16,437 bases of DNA from a virus, in the IMG/VR virus record IMGVR_UViG_3300007960_000418. One strand, written 5' to 3'. The notes under the pieces were generated by a model. That model had not been told where the DNA came from. It saw nothing but the letters and a program-made list of their open reading frames with translations, and made no database searches. Positions 6,958 through 14,947 of the stretch are shown here, one piece after another (the stretch's first letter is position 1; every line of letters starts with the position of its first letter). The translations under genes and the position numbers were made by a program.

Positions 6958-6968
6958 CGGTGTATAGT
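6940..6968 (+). promoter_or_regulatory. Sigma70-like early promoter TTGACA-N17-TATAGT driving gp55
   Basis: cggTTGACA (6940-6945), 17-nt spacer, TATAGT (6963-6968), about 28 nt before the gp55 ATG. Confidence 0.8.
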
Positions 6969-6995
6969 GATTTAAATATTTGTAGCGGAGTTATT

Positions 6996-7592
6996 ATGAA
7001 AGAAAAGAAATACTATGTTAGCAATCAAGAGTTTTCTCAAGCGGTCGTTGATTACGTTCGAGAAGTTGAGCGAGCTGAAAAGTTAAACTATAACTATATT
7101 CCAGTCGTTCCGGACTATATTGCTGAATGCTTTTTAAAAATTTCTACCGGTTTGTCACGAAAGCCAAACTTTTCTCGATATACGTTCAAAGACGAAATGA
7201 TCATGGACGGCGTAGAAAACTGTTTACGTGCTATTCGTAATTATGACATTGAAGCGTCTACACGCAGCGGTAAGCCAAATGCATTCGGTTATTTTACGCA
7301 AATCATTTACTATGCGTTTCTTCGTCGCATTCAACGAGAAAATCGACAACAAGACATCAAATTAAAGTACATGACCAGTGCTGGTGTTGAGCAGTATATG
7401 AATATTTCAAACGACAGCCACATTGAGCAAGCCGCAGCATTACATTTTGTTGATAAGTTACGATCAAAAATTGATGACATCAAGAATTATGACCGAGCAA
7501 TCAAAGAATTTGAGGCGGAGGAAAATAAGCGTGAACGGTTAAAACAAATACGTCTTGCCGATTCAAATCTTGAGGAATTTATCAATGAGTAA
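6996..7592 (+). CDS. 55: gp55-like sigma factor for late transcription; start chosen at MKEKKYY
   Basis: 'IPVVPDYIAECFLKISTGLSRKPNFSRYTFKDEMIMDGVENCLRAIRNYD' typical of gp55. GGAG SD upstream of 6996. Overlaps gp47 by 8 nt. Confidence 0.9.
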   Translation: MKEKKYYVSNQEFSQAVVDYVREVERAEKLNYNYIPVVPDYIAECFLKISTGLSRKPNFSRYTFKDEMIMDGVENCLRAIRNYDIEASTRSGKPNAFGYFTQIIYYAFLRRIQRENRQQDIKLKYMTSAGVEQYMNISNDSHIEQAAALHFVDKLRSKIDDIKNYDRAIKEFEAEENKRERLKQIRLADSNLEEFINE

Positions 7593-8649
7593 AATTGCTA
7601 TTCTCAATGATACTCATTGTGGCGTACGTAATTCTTCTGATATTTTTCTCAACAACGCAGCTAAATTTTACCGCGAAACTTTCTTTCCATACTGTGTTGA
7701 GAACAATATAAAGCAAATTATTCATCTCGGTGATTACTATGATAATCGTAAGCATTTGAATCTTAAGTGTTTACATCGAAATCGTAAAGACTTTATTGAA
7801 CCAATGATTGCTAATGGAATGACGATGGATATCATTCCTGGAAATCATGATGTGTACTACAAAAACACAAACGAAGTAAATTCTTTGAAAGAAGCTCTCG
7901 GTTTCTTTATCAATGAAATCAATATTGTTCAGCAACCCCGAGTAATGGAATATGGTAAAACTCGGATTGCTTTGATACCTTGGATCAATCAAGAAAATTA
8001 TCAATCAACGATGGAGTTTGTTTCCAGTTGCAATGCTGATATTCTCGGCGGTCATCTCGAACTGAATGGGTTTGAAATGATGCGAGGAGTTACCAACAAT
8101 CACGGCATGGACGCAAAGTTGTTCAACCGATTTGAGCTAGTGCTTTCTGGTCATTTTCATACAAGATCGAGCCGTGACAATATCATATACCTTGGATCAC
8201 AGCTCGAGTTCTTTTGGTCTGACGCCCATGATGACAAATTCTTTCATGTGCTTGATACTGAAACAAGAGAACTAACAAAGGTACGAAATCCACATCGGTT
8301 GTATGAAAAAGTTGTTTACAACGACAGCAAAGTAGATTATAGTCGTTTTGATTATACCATCTTTGATCAGAAGTTCGTTAAGGTAATTGTTGCAGAAAAA
8401 AATGACACGTATCTGTTTGATAAATTTATCGACAACATTCAAAAACAATCAATTCACGAACTAAAGATTGCAGAAAACTTCAATGAATTCCTCGGTGATA
8501 ATGTTACAGATTCGGGCGTGTATGTTGAAGATACTTCGACTCTTTTAAATAACTACATTGATGCTGTCGACACTGACTTGGATAAAGATGTAATCAAGAA
8601 CGAAATTTATGACCTTTTAAAACAAGCTCAGACACTCGAGATTCAATGA
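7585..8649 (+). CDS. 47: gp47-like recombination endonuclease subunit (Mre11/SbcD family)
   Basis: Metallophosphatase motifs 'ILNDTHCG', 'IIHLGDYYDNRK', 'DIIPGNHDVYY', 'ILGGHLELNG', 'VLSGHFHTRS'. Start at MSKIAIL. Confidence 0.95.
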   Translation: MSKIAILNDTHCGVRNSSDIFLNNAAKFYRETFFPYCVENNIKQIIHLGDYYDNRKHLNLKCLHRNRKDFIEPMIANGMTMDIIPGNHDVYYKNTNEVNSLKEALGFFINEINIVQQPRVMEYGKTRIALIPWINQENYQSTMEFVSSCNADILGGHLELNGFEMMRGVTNNHGMDAKLFNRFELVLSGHFHTRSSRDNIIYLGSQLEFFWSDAHDDKFFHVLDTETRELTKVRNPHRLYEKVVYNDSKVDYSRFDYTIFDQKFVKVIVAEKNDTYLFDKFIDNIQKQSIHELKIAENFNEFLGDNVTDSGVYVEDTSTLLNNYIDAVDTDLDKDVIKNEIYDLLKQAQTLEIQ

Positions 8650-10376
8650 TTGTATTTAAGAAACTTCGTTATCGCAACTTCCTTTCAACTGGCAATAACT
8701 TTACAGAAATCGACCTGACGAAGTCGAAACGAACGTTAATTGTTGGTACAAATGGTAGTGGGAAATCGAGCATGTTAGATGCTCTGTCTTTTGCTCTGTT
8801 TGGCAAACCTCATCGTAACATCAACAAACCTCAACTTGTTAATTCAATCAACAACAAAAACTGTGAGGTTGAGGTCTACTTTCAGATCGGATCGAATAAT
8901 TATATTGTCCGTCGTGGGATCAAGCCCACTATGTTCGATATCATTCAGAACGGAAATCTGCTAAACCAGTCATCAACGTCTAAAGACTATCAGAAGATTC
9001 TTGAGCAGAATATTCTCAAGCTTAATCACAAATCATTTCATCAAATTGTTGTTCTCGGAGCATCTTCTTTCATTCCTTTTATGCAGCTACGTGCATCAGA
9101 TCGTCGATCCGTAATCGAGGATCTGTTGGATATTGGTGTGTTTTCTAAGATGAATATCCTCCTCAAGGAAAAGCTTTCAGCAGTTAAAGAGCAACTAAAA
9201 GATTATGACCACGAACTCGACATTGTCAGAACTAAACAACAGGCTCAAGAAAAACATATTGAGGATTTGAGACGTCTTAGCTCTCTATATCAAACACAGC
9301 AACAAGAAAAGATTGAACAAGCAAATAATCAGATTGAGCTTCTTCAGAATTCAAAAGCTGAATTGCTCAACAAGATTGATCTTGCTAATCCGTCGGATGT
9401 TGATGAACGCCATAAACAAGCACACGACAAAAAGCAATCTGTATTGTCTGAGTTAACCAGTATACAGACTTCGATCAAATCTCTTGTGAAAGATGCTAAA
9501 TTTTTTACTGATAATGATCAATGCCCGACTTGTTCTCAGGAGATCAATCAGCAAATTCGAGAAAGCCATATTGAAAAGGCTAAGCAAAGCGCAAAACAGC
9601 TGAAATCACAGCAAGAACATTATCAACAACTCGGTAGCCAGGTTAGCGATGATATTAAACAACTCCAGCAGTTGATTGAGAGTATTAGGCAGTATGAGAC
9701 TGAAATTCAGTCAATTGATCGTGATATATACAATCAACAAACAATTATTGAGGATACTCAAAAAGAAATTCAATCTTTGTCGAATTCCAATACGGATCTG
9801 GTTCAGGCGAAGCTTGATTATGATGCAATTTGGAACGCTCGTGAAAAAATTGTGATTGAAAAGCAGGATTTGAATGACAAGTATACATATTATCTTGCAA
9901 TACACGAAATGTTGAAAGACACTGGAATTAAGACAAAGGTAATCAAGCAGTATCTACCTGTAATTAACCAATTGGTCAATCAATATCTTCAGGTACTGGA
10001 TTTCTTTGTGTCATTCCACCTTGATGAAAACTTCGAAGAAACGATTCGTTCTCGTCATCGTGATGTTTTTTCTTACGATTCGTTTTCTGAAGGAGAAAAA
10101 TCGCGAATAGATCTCAGCCTTCTGTTTACATGGAGACAGATTGCTAAGATGAAGAATTCAGTTTCTACCAATTTGCTTGTTCTTGACGAAGTTATGGATT
10201 CAAGCTTGGATGTTGACGGTGTTGAAAGTCTAATGAAGATTTTTTACACACTCGATGATATGACTAACGTATTTGTTATTAGCCACAAAAAGGAGATTAT
10301 GGAAGAGAAATTCGATCGTAGACTTACAGTTAGCAAAGAGAAAAACTTCTCTATTATACATGAACAACTTAATTGA
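8646..10376 (+). CDS. 46: gp46-like recombination endonuclease subunit (Rad50/SbcC family)
   Basis: Walker A 'IVGTNGSGKSSMLDAL', zinc-hook 'CPTC', signature 'SFSEGEKSRIDLSLLF', Walker B 'LLVLDEVMDSSLD'. ATGA overlap with gp47. Confidence 0.97.
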   Translation: MIVFKKLRYRNFLSTGNNFTEIDLTKSKRTLIVGTNGSGKSSMLDALSFALFGKPHRNINKPQLVNSINNKNCEVEVYFQIGSNNYIVRRGIKPTMFDIIQNGNLLNQSSTSKDYQKILEQNILKLNHKSFHQIVVLGASSFIPFMQLRASDRRSVIEDLLDIGVFSKMNILLKEKLSAVKEQLKDYDHELDIVRTKQQAQEKHIEDLRRLSSLYQTQQQEKIEQANNQIELLQNSKAELLNKIDLANPSDVDERHKQAHDKKQSVLSELTSIQTSIKSLVKDAKFFTDNDQCPTCSQEINQQIRESHIEKAKQSAKQLKSQQEHYQQLGSQVSDDIKQLQQLIESIRQYETEIQSIDRDIYNQQTIIEDTQKEIQSLSNSNTDLVQAKLDYDAIWNAREKIVIEKQDLNDKYTYYLAIHEMLKDTGIKTKVIKQYLPVINQLVNQYLQVLDFFVSFHLDENFEETIRSRHRDVFSYDSFSEGEKSRIDLSLLFTWRQIAKMKNSVSTNLLVLDEVMDSSLDVDGVESLMKIFYTLDDMTNVFVISHKKEIMEEKFDRRLTVSKEKNFSIIHEQLN

Positions 10377-10389
10377 TTAGGAAAAACCT

Positions 10390-11349
10390 ATGAAAAACAT
10401 CATCTACTCCACTATTTTTACTACCCTGATTGCAACCCAGTCGATTGCTCGTGATAATGTACAGGTTGCGGGCTCTTCAACAGTTCTTCCTTATGCTTCG
10501 ATTGTAGCTGAGGCGTTTGGTGAAAACTTTGAATTCCCAACTCCTGTTGTAGAATCTGGCGGCTCTTCATCTGGCCTCAAACGATTTTGTGAAGGCGTTG
10601 GCATTAACACAATTGACATTGCTAATTCCTCTCGAGCAATTCGTGAAAAGGAAATTAATGCTTGTGCTGAAAACGGTGTAACGGATATTATCGAAGTTCG
10701 CATCGGCTACGATGGTATTGTCTTTGCCAGTGACATCAACGGCTTTAATTTTCAATTTACAGCAAAAGACATTTATCTTGCTTTGAACGAAAATAGTAAA
10801 TTTGAAACATGGGATCAGGTTAATCCAGATTTTCCCAAACAGCCAATCCTTATGTTTATTCCTGGCACTAAGCATGGAACCCGAGAGGTTTTTGAAGAAA
10901 AGGTTCTTTTACACGGCTGTGAAGTGGTCAATGGTCCTGCAGAAACTGACGAGCAAGAAGACGCTTGTATGAATGTTCGCTCGGACGGCGTTGCCGTTGA
11001 CATTGATGGTGATTACACCGAAACACTTGCTCGCTTGCAGTCAAATCCAAACGGCATTGGAGTTTTTGGACTTTCGTTTTATGAAAATAATACTGACAAA
11101 CTGCAAGTCGCCACGATGGATGATGTGCTTCCAAGCTCTGAAACAATTTCGACTGGTGAGTACCCAGTTTCTCGACCGCTGTTTTTTTACGTAAAACGAC
11201 AGCATCTTGATGTTATTCCAGGCCTTCGAGAATATGTCAGCTTCTTTATGTCGGATGAAATTGCTGGTCCCGGTGGTCCTTTGTCTGAGTACGGACTTGT
11301 TCCTGATCCAGATATTGCTACTACTCAACAAAAAATTATTGACATGTGA
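10390..11349 (+). CDS. pstS: PstS-like phosphate ABC transporter substrate-binding protein with signal peptide (319 aa)
   Basis: Signal-like MKNIIYSTIFTTLIATQSIA, then 'VQVAGSSTVLPYA', 'ESGGSSSGLKRFCEG', 'IANSSRAI', 'RIGYDGIVFA', 'GTKHGTREVFEEKVL', 'GIGVFGLSFY'. Confidence 0.95.
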   Translation: MKNIIYSTIFTTLIATQSIARDNVQVAGSSTVLPYASIVAEAFGENFEFPTPVVESGGSSSGLKRFCEGVGINTIDIANSSRAIREKEINACAENGVTDIIEVRIGYDGIVFASDINGFNFQFTAKDIYLALNENSKFETWDQVNPDFPKQPILMFIPGTKHGTREVFEEKVLLHGCEVVNGPAETDEQEDACMNVRSDGVAVDIDGDYTETLARLQSNPNGIGVFGLSFYENNTDKLQVATMDDVLPSSETISTGEYPVSRPLFFYVKRQHLDVIPGLREYVSFFMSDEIAGPGGPLSEYGLVPDPDIATTQQKIIDM

Positions 11350-11353
11350 GCTC

Positions 11354-11390
11354 AAAGGTGGTAGAGTTAACCCTCTACCACTTTATTTTC
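11354..11390 (+). terminator. Rho-independent terminator after pstS
   Basis: AAAG(g)TGGTAGAG / ttaacc / CTCTACCACTTT followed by ATTTTCTTTAT. Confidence 0.85.
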
Positions 11391-11428
11391 TTTATAGATA
11401 CTTTGTCATTTAACATATGGAGTAAATT

Positions 11429-12100
11429 ATGGAACTGACTCGTAACACTATTGATGTGCTTCACAATTTTGCATCAATAAATGGTAATATGCTGTTCAAA
11501 CCCGGAAATGTAATTAGATCGTTGTCGGACTCTTCTGCTGTTGTCGGTCGAGCTGAAATTGATATGGAGATTCCTAAAGAATTCGGCATTTACGATCTAC
11601 ACGAATTTCTCGGTGTGATTGGGCTGGTCGACAATCCGGTGCTTAACTTTCAAAAAGACTATGTTCAAGTTGAGGATGGATCTGGTCGTTCTCGCACTCG
11701 TTATTACTATACCGATTCAACAATGTTGAAATATCCTCCGAAGGATATTAACATGCCTGAAGCAGACGTCACGTTCACTCTTGATCGTGACACTATGGCT
11801 AAGCTTTCAAAGGCAGCATCAACTCTAAAGTATAGCGAAATTGCTATTACTCCCAACGACGGTATTAATTTGTCTGTCACAGATACCGACAGTTCTACGT
11901 CACATACATATTCTATTGATGTCGCTGGTGAATATGATAAAAATGCCAACTTCAAGTTTATCATTGATATCGGTAATCTTAAACTTCTGCCAGGTGACTA
12001 TGAAGTGTCGCTTTCACAAAAATTCATTTCTCAGTTCAAACATACCACTCGTGACGTTTGTTATTGGGTTGCGATGGAAAAAACTAGTACTTATCAATAG
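11429..12100 (+). CDS. 45: gp45-like DNA polymerase sliding clamp (223 aa)
   Basis: Full-length similarity pattern to T4-like gp45 ('LKYSEIAITPNDGINLSVTDTDSSTSHTY'). GGAG SD. Synteny with 46/47 and 44. Confidence 0.92.
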   Translation: MELTRNTIDVLHNFASINGNMLFKPGNVIRSLSDSSAVVGRAEIDMEIPKEFGIYDLHEFLGVIGLVDNPVLNFQKDYVQVEDGSGRSRTRYYYTDSTMLKYPPKDINMPEADVTFTLDRDTMAKLSKAASTLKYSEIAITPNDGINLSVTDTDSSTSHTYSIDVAGEYDKNANFKFIIDIGNLKLLPGDYEVSLSQKFISQFKHTTRDVCYWVAMEKTSTYQ

Positions 12101-12111
12101 GAGATTAAAAA

Positions 12112-12309
12112 ATGAACAAACCTGAAAAACAACTCGCTGAGCTTGCCAATCGAGCTAGTCGTTCTGCAATCGCTGTGATTGATGCAATGTCTCAGCGTGG
12201 AGCAGTTAAAGGCGAAGAGATGTTTACAATTGGGCAACTGCGAGATCAACTGACTCAAATTATTCAACTCGCTGAAATGGTGCAATCTGATAGCGACGAG
12301 GAGGATTGA
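12112..12309 (+). CDS. Hypothetical small protein between gp45 and gp44 (65 aa)
   Basis: Compact co-directional ORF with acidic C-terminus (QSDSDEED). Confidence 0.65.
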   Translation: MNKPEKQLAELANRASRSAIAVIDAMSQRGAVKGEEMFTIGQLRDQLTQIIQLAEMVQSDSDEED

Positions 12310-12334
12310 CAGGTCATTGAAAACGTGATAAAGT
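12306..12334 (+). promoter_or_regulatory. Possible promoter TTGACA-N17-TAAAGT upstream of gp44
   Basis: TTGACA at 12306-12311, TAAAGT at 12329-12334, gp44 ATG at 12362. -10 is a weak match. Confidence 0.35.
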
Positions 12335-12361
12335 ATCCTTTTTGAAATACGGAGTTACACT

Positions 12362-13300
12362 ATGAGCAATGACTATCTCTGGGTTGAAAAATACAGACCC
12401 GCCACGATTGAAGAAACAATTCTTCCGAACCGTCTGAAGCAGACATTTCAAAAGATCGTTGAGTCCGGCAAGATGCCTAACATGTTGTTGACAGGCACTG
12501 CCGGTCTCGGCAAAACCACAGTTGCTAAAGCACTGTGTAACGAATTGGGATACGACTGGATTCTGATCAACGGTTCTGATGAAGGTCGTCAGATCGATAC
12601 CCTTCGTGATAAAATCAAACGGTTTGCGACTACTGTGTCGTTGACTGGCTCAATGAAGGTTGTAATTATTGATGAGGCGGATTATTTGAACCAGCAGTCT
12701 TTTCAGCCTGGTTTGCGTGCATTCATTGAAGAGTTTTCAAACAATTGTCGCTTTGTTCTCACATGCAACTTCAAGAATCGAATTATTGAACCTTTGCATT
12801 CTCGGTGTAGCGTTTACGAATTCAACACGACACGAAAGGAAATGGCTACCCTCGCCGCTCAGTTTATGAAGCGTGCTCAATATATTCTCGAACAAGAGGG
12901 TATTGAGTACGATCAAAAAGCTGTTGCTGATTTGATTATGCAGCATGCACCAGATTGGCGTCGAATTCTTAATGAATTACAACGTACGTCGATGAGCGGT
13001 TCTGTTACAGTTCATACCGTCACCAGCCAGCCGACAAAGTTTTCTGAGTTGTTTTCCTATCTGAAGGATAAAGACTTCAAGAAGATGCGGCAATGGGTTT
13101 CGAATAATATTGACACTGATAGTTCTTCAATCATTCGTGGTATCTATGACGAAATGAGTGAACGCGTCGACAAATCTACGATACCAACTCTGATTCTGAT
13201 CCTTGCTGAATATCAGTACAAAGCAGCATTTGTTGCTGATATGGAAATTAATACTGTTGCGATGATGACTGAAATCATGTCGAATGTGAAATTTACATAA
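12362..13300 (+). CDS. 44: gp44-like clamp loader large subunit (AAA+)
   Basis: 'WVEKYRPATIEETILP', Walker A 'LLTGTAGLGKTTVAKAL', Walker B 'VVIIDEADYL'. Confidence 0.96.
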   Translation: MSNDYLWVEKYRPATIEETILPNRLKQTFQKIVESGKMPNMLLTGTAGLGKTTVAKALCNELGYDWILINGSDEGRQIDTLRDKIKRFATTVSLTGSMKVVIIDEADYLNQQSFQPGLRAFIEEFSNNCRFVLTCNFKNRIIEPLHSRCSVYEFNTTRKEMATLAAQFMKRAQYILEQEGIEYDQKAVADLIMQHAPDWRRILNELQRTSMSGSVTVHTVTSQPTKFSELFSYLKDKDFKKMRQWVSNNIDTDSSSIIRGIYDEMSERVDKSTIPTLILILAEYQYKAAFVADMEINTVAMMTEIMSNVKFT

Positions 13301-13309
13301 GGAAGCTAG

Positions 13310-13906
13310 ATGACAAACTGTGTAATATACGACTTTGAAACTCTGGGGCAAGATGTACAAACCTGTGCAGTTCTGTCTTTTGCTATTCTTCATTTTGATG
13401 AGGATCGGTTTATTTCAGAGAATCCCTATCAGTACAAAGAACTTGTTGATCGTTGTCATTTCATCAAATTTGATGTTAAGGATCAAGTAAAGAACTACAA
13501 TCGCAGTATCGAAAGAGATACTCTCGATTGGTGGAAGGGACAGAGCAAAGAGGCGCAGAAGGTTCTCAAACCTTCAGAAGACGATCGAAAGATCGAAGCT
13601 CTGTTTCCGTTTATTGTCGATTTGTATGACTGTAAAATCATGAAAAAGACATACACACGTGGTAATACATTTGATCCGATTCTTTTTCAGAGTCTTATGA
13701 AAGCGACTGGTAACTATGATCCGTTTCCTTGGTGGACCATTCGTGATACGAGATCGATGATTGACGGTATGTTGCTCGGTTCGAACATGAACAACAAGTT
13801 TATTCCGGAAGGTCTTGAAACGGAGTTCGTTGCTCATGATCCTCGGCACGATATTGCAATGGATGTTATGCGTATGCAGGTGTTGACAAGAGCGATTGTT
13901 TTGTGA
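13310..13906 (+). CDS. dexA: DexA-like 3'-5' exonuclease (198 aa)
   Basis: DEDD-type motifs: 'VIYDFETLGQD', 'TIRDTRSMIDG', 'FVAHDPRHDIAMDVMRMQ'. Confidence 0.8.
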   Translation: MTNCVIYDFETLGQDVQTCAVLSFAILHFDEDRFISENPYQYKELVDRCHFIKFDVKDQVKNYNRSIERDTLDWWKGQSKEAQKVLKPSEDDRKIEALFPFIVDLYDCKIMKKTYTRGNTFDPILFQSLMKATGNYDPFPWWTIRDTRSMIDGMLLGSNMNNKFIPEGLETEFVAHDPRHDIAMDVMRMQVLTRAIVL

Positions 13907-13918
13907 TAGGATTATTCA

Positions 13919-14320
13919 ATGAGCAATGCAAAGTATTCACCGTTTGATTTTTTGAATGCGATCAACCAAACGAAGGAAGATTTGATCGTTGATGATATAA
14001 CGGAAAAACAGTACTCGCCATATATGGTTAATCGTAGCTTGTCGTATTTTCCCGATACTGTTTTGATTGCAAATGAAATCAATATCAACTATCACCTCGA
14101 CCACAAACTACAAAACTCTTTTTATATAAATATGATAAGGAAGCGGAAACGTTTCTCAAAATGGAATAAAAAACACAGTGAAAAAGACATTGAAGTGGTA
14201 AAGGAATACTATGGTTACAGTGATGAAAAAGCTCGTAGTGTTCTATCCCTTCTTTCACAAGAGCAAATAAAAACACTGAAGAAGGTTACATCAAAAAATG
14301 GAACAAAACGAGCGTATTGA
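13919..14320 (+). CDS. 62: gp62-like clamp loader small subunit (133 aa)
   Basis: 'SPFDFLNAINQTKEDLI...YSPYMVNRSLSYFPDTVLIANEIN' is characteristic of gp62. Confidence 0.88.
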   Translation: MSNAKYSPFDFLNAINQTKEDLIVDDITEKQYSPYMVNRSLSYFPDTVLIANEININYHLDHKLQNSFYINMIRKRKRFSKWNKKHSEKDIEVVKEYYGYSDEKARSVLSLLSQEQIKTLKKVTSKNGTKRAY

Positions 14321-14711
14321 ATGGTCCGCTAATGATATGTTGGAAATCACTCTGAATGAACCAGATGATTTTCTCAAGGTACGTGAGACGCTAACACGGA
14401 TTGGTGTTGCATCTCGTCGTGAAAAAAAGCTTTACCAATCGTGTCACATCCTACACAAGCGAGGACGGTATTATATCGTTCATTTCAAGGAGCTGTTTTT
14501 ACTCGACGGCAAACTCGCTAACCTCGAGCGAAACGACGTTGAGCGTAGGAATACAATTGCAACCTTGCTTAGTGACTGGGGGTTGATTACTCTCGAAAGG
14601 ACTGGCCTTGAGTGTGCTCCGATGAGGCAAATCAAAATCATTCCATACAAGGAAAAAGATCAGTGGGAGCTCTGTGCAAAATATTCTATCGGCAACTCGA
14701 AAAAAATGTAA
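14298..14711 (+). CDS. regA: RegA-like translational repressor (137 aa)
   Basis: 'EWSANDMLEITLNEPDDFLKVRETLTRIGVAS...LYQSCHILHKRGRYYIVHFKELFLLDGK' matches the RegA family pattern. Overlaps gp62 by 23 nt. Confidence 0.92.
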   Translation: MEQNERIEWSANDMLEITLNEPDDFLKVRETLTRIGVASRREKKLYQSCHILHKRGRYYIVHFKELFLLDGKLANLERNDVERRNTIATLLSDWGLITLERTGLECAPMRQIKIIPYKEKDQWELCAKYSIGNSKKM

Positions 14712-14728
14712 AAATACAAAAAATTCGG

Positions 14729-14756
14729 TTGACATCCTTTCAAAAATGATTATATT
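14729..14756 (+). promoter_or_regulatory. Sigma70-like promoter TTGACA-N16-TATATT driving the tRNA/small-ORF cluster
   Basis: cggTTGACAtcctttcaaaaatgatTATATTtg ending about 18 nt before the first tRNA. Confidence 0.8.
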
Positions 14757-14774
14757 TGTATTGTAAGGAACGAA

Positions 14775-14851
14775 GCGGGCGTGACGGAATGGGTATACGT
14801 ACTTGACTTAAAATCAAGGTTTTGCGGGTTCGAGTCCCGCCGCCCGCACCA
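14775..14851 (+). tRNA. tRNA with UAA anticodon (Leu), CCA encoded
   Basis: Acceptor GCGGGCG/CGCCCGC, anticodon arm CTTGA-CTTAAAA-TCAAG, T-arm GCGGG-TTCGAGT-CCCGC, ACCA end. Confidence 0.92.
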
Positions 14852-14857
14852 GAATAC

Positions 14858-14939
14858 GCTAGAGATGGCAATTGGGTAGCCCGCCCGCTCATAACGGGTC
14901 GCTTCGGCAGAGGGAGTTCGATTCTCCCCTCTAGCACCA
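14858..14939 (+). tRNA. tRNA with CAU anticodon (Met, or Ile2 if lysidinylated), CCA encoded
   Basis: Acceptor GCTAGAG/CTCTAGC, D-stem GGC/GCC, anticodon arm GCCCG-CTCATAA-CGGGT, T-arm GGGAG-TTCGATT-CTCCC, ACCA end. Confidence 0.9.
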
Positions 14940-14947
14940 ATTTAACA

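Noticed and set aside
4657-13849. Numerous antisense ORFs opposite uvsW, 46, 47, pstS, 45, 44 and dexA (e.g. 7771-8004, 9711-9905, 10815-11003, 13574-13849)
   Set aside because: Short, motif-free and fully overlapped by confidently assigned conserved genes.
14125-14132. TATAAATA late-promoter match inside gp62
   Set aside because: Lies deep in coding sequence in an AT-rich stretch with no correctly spaced gene start. Probably coincidental, though it could weakly serve regA.
14740-14940. Minus-strand 66-aa ORF and plus-strand ORF start at 14822 across the tRNAs
   Set aside because: Both are translations of tRNA sequence (e.g. 'GGTRTRK'). Real genes there are the two tRNAs.
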